A DNA stretch of 64,000 nt, taken from IMG/VR virus record IMGVR_UViG_3300030117_008055, positions 1 through 64,000 of that record; one strand, given 5' to 3'. Each line of letters starts with the position of its first letter. Positions within the stretch are counted from its first letter, which is position 1. This DNA is from an uncultured virus (IMG/VR IMGVR_UViG_3300030117_008055) (lineage: Duplodnaviria; Heunggongvirae; Uroviricota; Caudoviricetes). Below, piece after piece: positions 31,045-40,133 of the stretch. A program made the translations under genes and the position numbers. Below the pieces are notes generated by a model. It was not told the origin of the DNA, searched no databases, and worked only from the letters and a program-made list of their open reading frames with translations.

Positions 31045-31317
31045 ATGAAAGTTACGAAAGAAAAACTTCGAGAAATCATAAAAGAAGAGCTTCAAGAAGC
31101 TTACGTTCAGTCCTTATCTTCTAAAGGCTCACATGAGGGAAGAATGGCTAGAAGCCAACTTTTAAGGTCTGCGGAGTATTCTGTTAAGCTCATTAATATG
31201 ATTGAAGACGATGATGAATTGCCCTCATGGGTACAATCAAAAATTACGTTGGCATCAGATTATTTAGCTAAAGTTTATCACTATCTTTATGGTGAAGAAG
31301 TTTTTGATCAAGAATAG
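31045..31317 (+). CDS. Small hypothetical protein, possible internal head protein
   Basis: Leader MKVTKEKLREIIKEELQEA followed by a helical HEGRMARSQL...ELPSWVQSKITLASDYL domain. Confidence 0.55.
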   Translation: MKVTKEKLREIIKEELQEAYVQSLSSKGSHEGRMARSQLLRSAEYSVKLINMIEDDDELPSWVQSKITLASDYLAKVYHYLYGEEVFDQE

Positions 31318-31319
31318 TA

Positions 31320-31347
31320 TTTACATGCTATATTGTGTTTGTATAAT
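31320..31347 (+). promoter_or_regulatory. Putative sigma70-type promoter of the Mre11-Rad50 gene
   Basis: TTTACA (31320-25), 16 nt spacer, TATAAT (31342-47), then AGGAG SD and ATG at 31367. Confidence 0.6.
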
Positions 31348-31366
31348 GCTATGAGCAGGAGTTTAT

Positions 31367-34300
31367 ATGAAATTTGCTCACATAGCTGATACTCACATCA
31401 GAAACTTAAAATATCACAAAGAATACAAAGAGGTATTCAACAACCTTTACAAGTCCTTAAAGGAAAAAAAGGTTGACTACATTGTCCATTGTGGAGACAT
31501 TGCACACACAAAAACTCAGATCTCGCCTGAGTTTGTTGAGATGTGCTCTGATTTTCTTTTTAACCTAGCAGAGATTGCCCCTACATATGTTATTCTTGGG
31601 AACCATGATGGAAATTTAAAAAATTCAAATCGTCAAGATGCGCTAACCCCAATTGTTCATGCGCTGAATCATGATAACTTATTTTTGCTCAAGAACTCTG
31701 GAGAAACTCAGATTGATAATAAATTTACTATTAATGTATTATCAGTCTTTGATAGGGAAAACTGGCAACTACCTACTAATGAGGAAAAAATAAATATTGC
31801 CCTATACCATGGCTCTATTAGTGGTGTAACCACAGACTCTGGCTGGACAATGGAGAGCGGTGAAGATGATATCAATATTTTTAATAACTTTGACTATGGG
31901 TTTCTTGGTGACATCCACAAGACCAATCAGACCCTTGATAAAAAAGGAAAAATTAGATATCCAGGATCAACCGTGCAACAAAACCATGGAGAAACAAACG
32001 ACAAGGGTTTTCTATTATGGGACATTGTAAGCAAAGATAGCTTCACTTGTGAGCACATAGTATTAAAAAACCCTAAGCCGTTTATTACAATAAAGCTGAC
32101 ACCTAAGGGTCGCTTACCTAACAAAATTTCTATTCAAGAAAACTCTAGATTGCGCCTTGTAGCAGAGAACAATTTACCCCTTGATGTTATTCGTCGAGCT
32201 ATAGACGTAGCAAAACACCGGTTCTCTCCAGAGTCTGTAACCTTTCTAAATCGTGCACAAGGCGATCGTAAGGATATGCAAGAGAGTACAAACTCTTTGG
32301 GCAAGCAAGACCTTCGAGATCTTGCAGTTCAGGAAAAGCTAATACAAGAGTACCTAGAAGATTTTCACCCTAGTCAGGATACACTCAAGTCTGTTTTTTC
32401 TTCAAACTCATCATACAATACAAAAGCTGAAGAGCAAGAGGACATCCAAAGAAATGTTAACTGGAGACTTCTTAAGCTAGAGTGGGACAACCTTTTTAAC
32501 TACGGAGAGGGCAACTGTATTGATTTTTCTGAAAAACAAGGAGTTGTAGGTATTTTAGGGAAGAATTTTTCTGGAAAATCAAGCACTATTGATAGCCTTC
32601 TTTATACCTTGTACAATACTACTTCGAAACGTAATAGAAAAAATCTTAATTTAATTAACCAAAATAAAGACAATGCACGTGGTTATATTGAAATTGGAAT
32701 TGGAACAAAAATCTATTATGTTGAAAGAACAAGTACAAAATATACTAAAAAGCTAAAAGGAAAGCAAACTCTAGAGGCTAAAACTGATGTTAATTTTTGG
32801 CTTGTTGACGAGGCAACCGGAGAGGAAAGATCGCTAAACGGTATTACACGTGCAGAAACTGACAAAAACATTCGTAAGGTTTTTGGAACTTTAGAGGATT
32901 TTTTGACAACCTCTATGGCTAGTCAGCTTGACTCTCTTTCATACATAAATGAAGGGTCAACTCGAAGAAAAGAAATATTAGCTAAGTTTTTGGATTTAGA
33001 ATTTTTTGATAAAAAGTTTAAACTTATAAAAGAGGATACCACTGACGTAAAAGCCGTTGTTAAAAGGTTTTCTGATGTAGATTATGATGATGAGATCTCA
33101 AATGCCAGAACTTTACTGGCTAGATCTCAAACAGAGCTTTCTGTAAATCAAAGAGAGCTTGAGAAGATAGAGCTAGATAAAGAAAATCTCGTTGTTGCAT
33201 TGACTAGTATTAACTCTAAGCTGCAGCAAATACCTAATGAAGTCGTCGAAGGTAGCGGCCTAGAAGATAAGATATCTAAAACTCAAGACACTATCTCAAC
33301 TTTAGAAATTAATTCTTCATCTATTTCAGACAAGCTTCATGCCTGCAATAATGTACACACTAAGCTTGAAAATTTTATTGAAAATTTTGATATTGAGAAT
33401 TGGAAAAGTCGTAATCAAAATATTGAAGATATGAATGATCGTCTTCAAAAAGTTCAAAGAGACTTAGATGAGTATGAGACCCTTAACAATAGAAATAATT
33501 CAAAAATAGAGCTTTTAAAAAGCGCACCTTGTAACAAAGCATTAAAACAAAAATGTCATTTTGTGAAAGATGCGTATAGGGCCTATGAGGACGTCTCTAG
33601 AACCAGAATGGCTGTTAATCAACTATCTTTAAATAAGAAAACTTTAATTTCTAGGTTGAAAGAGTCGCAGCCTGAAAAAGTCATGCGCTATATTGAACAA
33701 TATGAAACGCTCTTAGAGAAAAAGAGGCAAAAAACCATTGAAGTAGCTAATCTAAAGCTTGACATGCAAAAAAACAAGTCTCAGCTATTTCAGCTTAGGT
33801 CTCTTTACGATGAGCTTCTTGTAAAGCAGCAAAAACAACAAGATAACCTGGACTTGATAAAAGAACTAAATGGCCTAGAGAAAGAAAGGATTGAAACTGA
33901 AAAATTGCTTCAACAGACTTCAATCGAATATGAAGACCAGAAAATTTTAGTTCTTGATTTATACAAGAAGAGTGGTAGTTGTGAACAAAGCCTTCAGGAA
34001 CTTATCGATCAAAAAGAGGAATTTGAAAACATGGAGAAGGAGTTTACAACTCTAGATCTTTTGATGCGATGCATGCACCCTAATGGCATTTCGTATGATA
34101 TTATTAAAAAACAATTGCCAGTTATTAATACTGAAATTTCTAAAATTTTAACTAATATTGTAGACTTTCAAATCTTTTTTGAAAATGACGAAAATCGGCT
34201 CAACATTCTCATTCAGCACCCTGGATATGCAGCTCGCCCAATTGAGATGGGCTCAGGCGCAGAAAAGACTATAAGTGCCATGGCAATCAGATTAGCCCTT

Positions 34301-34522
34301 CTAAACGTATCTACTTTGCCAAAAAGCGATGTTTTTATTCTTGATGAGCCTGGTACTGCGCTAGATGAGGACAATATGGAGGGCTTTATTAGGATTCTTG
34401 AAATGATTAAAACACAGTTTAAAACAGTGTTGTTAATCTCTCACCTTGACACCCTTAAAGATATTGTTGACCAGCAAATTATCATTGATAAGAAAAATGG
34501 ATATGCTAGTGTAAACGAATAA
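31367..34522 (+). CDS. Fused Mre11/SbcD-like nuclease and Rad50/SbcC-like ABC ATPase (T4 gp47-gp46 equivalent)
   Basis: Metallophosphoesterase motifs HIADTH, GDIAH, GNHD, YHG, GDIH; then Walker A GKNFSGKS, a long coiled coil, signature GSGAEK, Walker B FILDEPG and H-loop ISH, all in one ORF. Confidence 0.9.
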   Translation: MKFAHIADTHIRNLKYHKEYKEVFNNLYKSLKEKKVDYIVHCGDIAHTKTQISPEFVEMCSDFLFNLAEIAPTYVILGNHDGNLKNSNRQDALTPIVHALNHDNLFLLKNSGETQIDNKFTINVLSVFDRENWQLPTNEEKINIALYHGSISGVTTDSGWTMESGEDDINIFNNFDYGFLGDIHKTNQTLDKKGKIRYPGSTVQQNHGETNDKGFLLWDIVSKDSFTCEHIVLKNPKPFITIKLTPKGRLPNKISIQENSRLRLVAENNLPLDVIRRAIDVAKHRFSPESVTFLNRAQGDRKDMQESTNSLGKQDLRDLAVQEKLIQEYLEDFHPSQDTLKSVFSSNSSYNTKAEEQEDIQRNVNWRLLKLEWDNLFNYGEGNCIDFSEKQGVVGILGKNFSGKSSTIDSLLYTLYNTTSKRNRKNLNLINQNKDNARGYIEIGIGTKIYYVERTSTKYTKKLKGKQTLEAKTDVNFWLVDEATGEERSLNGITRAETDKNIRKVFGTLEDFLTTSMASQLDSLSYINEGSTRRKEILAKFLDLEFFDKKFKLIKEDTTDVKAVVKRFSDVDYDDEISNARTLLARSQTELSVNQRELEKIELDKENLVVALTSINSKLQQIPNEVVEGSGLEDKISKTQDTISTLEINSSSISDKLHACNNVHTKLENFIENFDIENWKSRNQNIEDMNDRLQKVQRDLDEYETLNNRNNSKIELLKSAPCNKALKQKCHFVKDAYRAYEDVSRTRMAVNQLSLNKKTLISRLKESQPEKVMRYIEQYETLLEKKRQKTIEVANLKLDMQKNKSQLFQLRSLYDELLVKQQKQQDNLDLIKELNGLEKERIETEKLLQQTSIEYEDQKILVLDLYKKSGSCEQSLQELIDQKEEFENMEKEFTTLDLLMRCMHPNGISYDIIKKQLPVINTEISKILTNIVDFQIFFENDENRLNILIQHPGYAARPIEMGSGAEKTISAMAIRLALLNVSTLPKSDVFILDEPGTALDEDNMEGFIRILEMIKTQFKTVLLISHLDTLKDIVDQQIIIDKKNGYASVNE

Positions 34523-34535
34523 ACAACTTTTTATA

Positions 34536-34560
34536 GCTATTTAGTATATATACTATTTAG
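34536..34560 (+). promoter_or_regulatory. Tandem (G/A)CTATTTAG putative late promoter elements
   Basis: GCTATTTA at 34536 and ACTATTTA at 34552; the second is 19 nt before start 34579. Confidence 0.6.
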
Positions 34561-34578
34561 TTTTAGGAGGTTTGTATT

Positions 34579-34776
34579 ATGCAAAGGGTAAGAGCTTGGC
34601 TTGATAGGCAAGTACAAAGATTTATTTCACGTAAGTTTTTAGCGTGGGGCACTGCGACTTATCTTGTCGCGACACAGTCGCTTACTAGCGAGGATTGGGT
34701 TGCCGTTACCTTAGTTTATATTGGGTCTGAAGCGCTTGTAGACGTCGCTATGCGGTGGAAACATGGAGGTCAGTAA
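34579..34776 (+). CDS. Small membrane protein, holin-like
   Basis: 65 aa with two hydrophobic segments after SRKFLAW; AGGAGG SD; doubled CTATTTAGT upstream. Confidence 0.45.
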   Translation: MQRVRAWLDRQVQRFISRKFLAWGTATYLVATQSLTSEDWVAVTLVYIGSEALVDVAMRWKHGGQ

Positions 34777-35180
34777 TGCTGACTGCACTTTTTTGGAAAA
34801 AAGTTTGGACTTGGCTTAAACATTATTGGTATTGGCCTGTTATAATAATATTATTAATTTTTGGAGTAGTTGCTGGAAGAAGCACAAGAGCTAAAATGTT
34901 TGAGCTTCTTGAAAAACAAAAGCAAGGCTATGAAAAAGAAATAGAAATATTACAAACTGCTAACAAAGAAAAAGAAGAGAAGAAGAATAAAGTTTTTTCT
35001 GAGCACAAAGAGGAAATTAAAAAGATCGAAGAGCAGCACGAAATTAAAGTAGCCGACCTTCAGGAAAAGAAAAAAGAAGAATTAGCCTCAACTATTCAGA
35101 AAAACAAAGATAATCCTGAATCTCTAGCGCGAGAAGTTGCAAGAGTTCTTAGTTCGCAGTTTCACAAAAACAATAGGTGA
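34776..35180 (+). CDS. N-terminal transmembrane + coiled-coil protein (i-spanin-like topology)
   Basis: Start probably ATG 34776 (TAATG overlap, GGAGGT SD). WPVIIILLIFGVVAG TM segment followed by a K/E-rich coiled coil. Confidence 0.5.
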   Translation: MLTALFWKKVWTWLKHYWYWPVIIILLIFGVVAGRSTRAKMFELLEKQKQGYEKEIEILQTANKEKEEKKNKVFSEHKEEIKKIEEQHEIKVADLQEKKKEELASTIQKNKDNPESLAREVARVLSSQFHKNNR

Positions 35181-35184
35181 TGTT

Positions 35185-35649
35185 GTGTTTAAGAATTTTA
35201 TAGTTTATTTTATTTCAATTGCGATTATTATTTTACCGTTTTCAGCAATGGCGGATGAGGGATTACAGGGTCGTGTAACGTCACTTTCTGCAGATGAGCG
35301 AGCGCCATATGCTGGGGTGCTTCTTGATTCTATTGCTGCGTCAAAAATGATTGTTGACAAAAAGTATTTAAAAATTGAAATAGAATTAGAGCTTAGAAAA
35401 GAATTTCAGAAAGACCTTGCAGATAAGAGAATGGCATATGACCTTTTAAAGGTTGATTATGACTCTCTCAAGACTGTTCATGAGCAGACCATTGCTCTTA
35501 AAGAAAAACAAATTAACGATTTAAATATTCTCTTGAAAGAAGAGATGGCAAAAGAAGACCACACAGAGTGGTGGATATTGGGAGGAGTTGCAATTGGAAT
35601 CGTATTATCTTTGGGCGTATTTTATGCCAGTGTGGAAATCGCCAAATGA
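35185..35649 (+). CDS. Exported coiled-coil protein with a C-terminal transmembrane anchor
   Basis: Probable GTG start at 35185 after AGGTGA; signal-peptide-like FIVYFISIAIIILPFSAMA-DE; C-terminal WWILGGVAIGIVLSLGVFY. Confidence 0.5.
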   Translation: MFKNFIVYFISIAIIILPFSAMADEGLQGRVTSLSADERAPYAGVLLDSIAASKMIVDKKYLKIEIELELRKEFQKDLADKRMAYDLLKVDYDSLKTVHEQTIALKEKQINDLNILLKEEMAKEDHTEWWILGGVAIGIVLSLGVFYASVEIAK

Positions 35650-36062
35650 AAAAAGATCTAAACTACATAGCAGGCCTTGAGAAGGCCATAAAGAAACAAT
35701 ATGGCGAGGACGCTATAATTAATCCTAGAAGCGGATGGTCGCAAGAAAAGGAAAATGATTATTTAAAGCAGGTACAAGATTCGTATGATTATGAGCAAGA
35801 TGATGAGTCGTTTGAAGATCTTAATGGAGTTTTAATACATAAAAAACTAATTAAAAAGAGGAAAACAAAACATTGTCACACATGTAGCGAGAAGATAAAA
35901 AATTTAGATGATGATGCTTGCTACACAAAATATCAAACTTGCTTTAAGTGCTACATAAATTATATTGAGGGCCGTGAAGAAAGATGGCTAAAAGGATGGA
36001 GACCAAAACATGTCAGAGAAAACACTACAAATAATTCAGGGCCTGGCTCAAGCGGCTGCTGA
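35646..36062 (+). CDS. Hypothetical zinc-finger protein
   Basis: Start probably ATG 35646 (ATGA overlap); CHTC...CYTKYQTCFKC. Confidence 0.5.
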   Translation: MKKDLNYIAGLEKAIKKQYGEDAIINPRSGWSQEKENDYLKQVQDSYDYEQDDESFEDLNGVLIHKKLIKKRKTKHCHTCSEKIKNLDDDACYTKYQTCFKCYINYIEGREERWLKGWRPKHVRENTTNNSGPGSSGC

Positions 36063-36540
36063 TTCATATGACGGCGCTTCGGATAAGGATGGCAGTCCTT
36101 TAGATATTGGCCTAAAAAGAGAAAAAGGACATCCTATTTTAGACTCTAGGCAGATTGACGGCTTTAAGTGCCGTATTGATGGAACCCATTTAATGGTTAC
36201 TTATCATGGTGAGATCAAACTTAAGGACGTATACTGCACTAAAAACAAGTTTGAAGACAGTCTAGAAAACACCATGGCTGATATTGTTTCTCATTTGAAA
36301 AAAAGGTATAAAGAAATAACAGGAAAGTCAGTTCGCCTCACACCTGCAGGAGAAGTCGATGCTATTGTAGAAAAAATTAGCAAAGTTCGTGTGCATGTTG
36401 TTGCAAAGAAGGTTTATAGAATCGGTGGAATGGACGGAGTTGAGGACAGAATGGCTCCAAGCGCAGACCGTCTAGAAAACAGTTTCAAGAATTTTCTTTC
36501 TCAGGGAGGCTTCGGTCAAAAATCAGTACGGCGTGATTAA
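36010..36540 (+). CDS. Hypothetical protein upstream of terminase
   Basis: 176 aa ORF with GGAG SD; no motif recognised. Confidence 0.5.
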   Translation: MSEKTLQIIQGLAQAAADSYDGASDKDGSPLDIGLKREKGHPILDSRQIDGFKCRIDGTHLMVTYHGEIKLKDVYCTKNKFEDSLENTMADIVSHLKKRYKEITGKSVRLTPAGEVDAIVEKISKVRVHVVAKKVYRIGGMDGVEDRMAPSADRLENSFKNFLSQGGFGQKSVRRD

Positions 36541-36542
36541 AA

Positions 36543-38114
36543 ATGTCGTCAGTATTGTCCAAGAAAGAGATAATTGCAGAAGTGGTAAAAGCTGGTAAAG
36601 ATCCAGTTTACTTTATAGATAATTACTGCAGAATATCTCATCCCCAATTAGGCTTGATACCTTTCAAAACTTACGACTTTCAAGCTAGTCTTGTGGGTGA
36701 TTTTAATGAGCATCGATTTAATGTTATTTTAAAGGCTAGGCAGCTTGGAATATCTACTATATCTGCAGCTTATATTGCTTGGTTGATGATGTTTCATCGT
36801 GACAAAAACGTTCTTGTTATTGCCACTAAGTTTCAAACGGCTGCAAATCTAGTTAAAAAAGTCAAGGCTATTCACAAAAATTTGCCAGATTGGCTTCGAA
36901 TATCTGAAATATCTATAGACAACAGAACTTCTTTTGAGCTTTCAAATGGGTCACAGATTAAAGCATCATCCACCTCGTCAGATGCTGGACGTTCAGAAGC
37001 ACTTTCTTTATTGGTTATTGACGAGGCTGCTCATGTCGATGGGTTAGATGAGTTGTGGGCTGGCCTATACCCTACCTTATCAACTGGAGGAAGATGCATA
37101 GCTCTTTCAACTCCTAATGGCGTTGGTAACTGGTTTCATCAAACGTGTATCGATGCTGAAGCAGGAAAAAATGACTTCTTTTTGACCACGTTGAAATGGG
37201 ACGTCCACCCTGACCGCGACCGAGAGTGGTTTGAAAAAGAAACTAAAAATATGCCTGTTAGGCAGATAGCTCAAGAGCTAGAATGTAACTTTAATATGTC
37301 TGGCGAGACAGTCTTTCATCCTGAAGACATGCAATGGATTAAAGAGAACCTAGAGGATCCAAAATATAGAACAGGTTTTGATAGAAATTTGTGGATCTGG
37401 GAGGAGTACCAACCAGGCTCCTCTTATATGGTTTCTGCTGATGTTGCTCGTGGAGACGGAAATGACTACTCCGTGTTTCATGTTGTTAAGTTGGAGACAA
37501 GTGAAATAGTGGCAGAGTATCAAGGAAAGCCAAATCCAGATATGTTTTCAGTGATGCTAAACGAGATAGGAAAAGAGTATGGAAATGCGCTCTTGGTTGT
37601 TGAGAACAACAATATAGGCTGGTCAGTTCTTGATAAAATACAAGAACAGCAATATGATAATTTATACTTTAGTAAGAAATCAACTCATGAATATGTTGAC
37701 GCACATGCTAGTCTTTATGAAAATGTTGTACCTGGTTTTTCCACAACTATCAAGACAAGACCATTGATAGTTGCAAAGCTTGAAGAGTTTATAAGAAATA
37801 AACTAATTAAAATTAAGTCTAAAAGAATGTATAATGAAATGCAAACATTCGTTTGGCAAAATGGCAAACCTCAAGCAATGAAAAAAAATAATGATGATTT
37901 AATTATGGCATGCGCAATTGGATGTTGGGTAAAGGATACGGCACTCTCAGTATCTCAACGAGAGGTAGCATATCAAAAAGCATTCTTATCTTCCATAGGA
38001 ACTTCAGAAACAAAACTTAATACCGCAATACCCGGCATGGAAGGTTATAAGTCTACAAAAAAGAACAAACAACTAGAGAAGCTTAAAGATCACTTATGGC
38101 TTTTGAAGGGATAA
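36543..38114 (+). CDS. terL: Terminase large subunit (T4 gp17-like)
   Basis: DPVYFI..YC.I.HP, Q-motif YDFQ, Walker A KARQLGIST, Walker B LLVIDEAA, motif III STPNG, nuclease ADVARGDGND and DDLIMA. Confidence 0.93.
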   Translation: MSSVLSKKEIIAEVVKAGKDPVYFIDNYCRISHPQLGLIPFKTYDFQASLVGDFNEHRFNVILKARQLGISTISAAYIAWLMMFHRDKNVLVIATKFQTAANLVKKVKAIHKNLPDWLRISEISIDNRTSFELSNGSQIKASSTSSDAGRSEALSLLVIDEAAHVDGLDELWAGLYPTLSTGGRCIALSTPNGVGNWFHQTCIDAEAGKNDFFLTTLKWDVHPDRDREWFEKETKNMPVRQIAQELECNFNMSGETVFHPEDMQWIKENLEDPKYRTGFDRNLWIWEEYQPGSSYMVSADVARGDGNDYSVFHVVKLETSEIVAEYQGKPNPDMFSVMLNEIGKEYGNALLVVENNNIGWSVLDKIQEQQYDNLYFSKKSTHEYVDAHASLYENVVPGFSTTIKTRPLIVAKLEEFIRNKLIKIKSKRMYNEMQTFVWQNGKPQAMKKNNDDLIMACAIGCWVKDTALSVSQREVAYQKAFLSSIGTSETKLNTAIPGMEGYKSTKKNKQLEKLKDHLWLLKG

Positions 38115-38117
38115 AAC

Positions 38118-40133
38118 ATGGCAAAAAATAAAAATAAATCAGGCGATAGAAATCCTAAAAATCCACTCTTTAGACAACTATCAAAGCTACTTTCAGGGCC
38201 GCTTGTCCGATATCGTAGGCAAGATGCAAAGCAGTTAAAAAGACGACAACTAGATAAATATGCCACTCGTTTTAATTCTACCTCTGGGCAAGAGTTTAAG
38301 ATGTCCTCCTACAGCGATGTATACGGCATGCTCCAGGCGGAATATTATGCAAACCAAAACAGGCTTGATCGATATGTTGATTTTGATCAGATGGAATACA
38401 CGCCTGAAATTGCGTCAGCGTTAGATATATACGCGGACGAAATGACAACATCTTCCCCGTATACTCCTATAATTAATATACAATGCAGCAACAGTGAAAT
38501 AAGAGGGGTACTGGACACTTTATTTTTTAATATTTTGAATATTGAATTTAACTTATACGGCTGGGCTCGTTCAATGTGTAAGTATGGAGATTTCTTTCTT
38601 TACCTTGATATTGAGCAAGATGAGGGGATTAAAAACACTATAGGCCTGCCCCCAACAGAGATTGAAAGACTTGAGGGCGAGGATCGAATGAATCCAAACT
38701 ACATTCAGTTTCAATGGAACTCTGGTGGTCTTACGCTAGAAAATTGGCAAGTTGCTCATTTTAGAGTCCTTGGTAATGACAAATTTGCCCCGTATGGCAC
38801 TTCAATTCTTGATGGAGCAAGAAGAATTTGGAGACAATTAACCCTTCTTGAAGATGCAGTTATGGCATATAGAATTGTTAGATCTCCTGAGCGGCGAGTA
38901 TTTAAGATTGATGTTGGCAATATACCCCCGGAAGATGTGGAACAATACATGCAAAGGGTCATGACCCAGATGAAGAGGAATCAAATTGTAGACGCTAGCA
39001 CCGGTCGAGTTGATTTAAGATACAATCCTCTCAGCATTGAAGAAGACTACTATATTCCTGTTAGAGGTGGTCAAACTAGCACTGATATTTCTGTTGTTGG
39101 TGGTGGCAAATATACTGGAGATATCGAAGATGTTAAGTATCTTAGAGATAAGCTATTCAGCGCGCTTAAGATCCCTATGTCCTATTTATCTCGCGGTGAC
39201 GGCGCCGACGAGGACAAGTCTACTTTAGCACAGAAAGATATTCGATTTGCTAGAACTGTGCAGAGACTACAGCGCTCTATTATATCTGAGCTTCACAAGA
39301 TGGCAGTTATTCATTTGTATACAATTGGATATCGTGGTAATGACTTGTTATCGTTCAAGATTAAATTAAACAACCCTTCGAAACTAGCTGAATTGCAAGA
39401 GTTAGAGCACTGGAAGGCTCGCTTTGGAGCGGCTGGTGAAGCTACTGAAGGATACTTTAGTCGTCGATGGGTTGCTAAAAATATTCTTGGGTTGCAAGAA
39501 GAAGAGTTTAGAAGACTCCAAGCAGAGAGTTATTATGATAAAAAGCATGATATTTCACTTGAGAAAGTTGGAGAATCAGAGGCAGAAGGTGCTGGCGGCG
39601 GCGGTGCTTTAGGTGGAGACTTAGGTGGCGGTTTAGGCGGTGATCTTGGTGGTGGAGATTTAGGAGGTGATCTTGGTGGAGACCTTGGCGGGGATCTAGG
39701 AGGAGAAGCTGGCGCTGGAGAAGGAGGAGACGCTCCTGGCGCTGAAGAACCACCGGCACCAGGGGGAGATCTCTTGGCTACCCCACCTGGAGAAACAGCA
39801 CCAGCAAAAAGAGATGAAGATGGCAACCTGAAAAAGGGTCAAACTAGAAAGTATAAAAAATCAAAATATAAAACAAAAGGGCAGTCGGGCAAAAGCAGAG
39901 GCGCTTTTACTAGGTCTCAACAAGGAATGTATTCAAAAGAAACCTCTTCAGGCACTGTACGCAACATTCACAAGGGAAAAGATAGTTTAGACGCTGCCAT
40001 AAAACATTCTCATAGCCTAACAGAAAACAAAACTGATTTTTATGATCAGGAAGAAATAAAACTATTTAAAGAGAACCATGAATTTAAAACACTAATCAAC
40101 TCTCTGGAGAAAAACCATGAAGTTTCATCATAA
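38118..40133 (+). CDS. Portal protein (T4 gp20-like) with an extended low-complexity C-terminus
   Basis: PEIASALDIYADE, LLEDAVMAYRIVRSPERRVFKIDVGN, EEDYYIPVRG, DIEDVKYLRDKLFSALKIP, DIRFARTVQRLQ. Confidence 0.92.
   Translation: MAKNKNKSGDRNPKNPLFRQLSKLLSGPLVRYRRQDAKQLKRRQLDKYATRFNSTSGQEFKMSSYSDVYGMLQAEYYANQNRLDRYVDFDQMEYTPEIASALDIYADEMTTSSPYTPIINIQCSNSEIRGVLDTLFFNILNIEFNLYGWARSMCKYGDFFLYLDIEQDEGIKNTIGLPPTEIERLEGEDRMNPNYIQFQWNSGGLTLENWQVAHFRVLGNDKFAPYGTSILDGARRIWRQLTLLEDAVMAYRIVRSPERRVFKIDVGNIPPEDVEQYMQRVMTQMKRNQIVDASTGRVDLRYNPLSIEEDYYIPVRGGQTSTDISVVGGGKYTGDIEDVKYLRDKLFSALKIPMSYLSRGDGADEDKSTLAQKDIRFARTVQRLQRSIISELHKMAVIHLYTIGYRGNDLLSFKIKLNNPSKLAELQELEHWKARFGAAGEATEGYFSRRWVAKNILGLQEEEFRRLQAESYYDKKHDISLEKVGESEAEGAGGGGALGGDLGGGLGGDLGGGDLGGDLGGDLGGDLGGEAGAGEGGDAPGAEEPPAPGGDLLATPPGETAPAKRDEDGNLKKGQTRKYKKSKYKTKGQSGKSRGAFTRSQQGMYSKETSSGTVRNIHKGKDSLDAAIKHSHSLTENKTDFYDQEEIKLFKENHEFKTLINSLEKNHEVSS
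39594..39704 (+). repeat. Degenerate (GGDL)n coding tandem repeat in the portal C-terminus
   Basis: GGALGGDLGGGLGGDLGGGDLGGDLGGDLGGDLGG with varied synonymous codons. Confidence 0.85.

Noticed and set aside
35646..36540. Small terminase subunit among the two ORFs upstream of terL
   Set aside because: The position fits, but I recognise no gp16-like motif; left as hypothetical.
36543..38114. Intein or intron in terminase or other core genes
   Set aside because: Lengths are ordinary, motifs are contiguous, and no splice-junction or homing-endonuclease motifs were seen.
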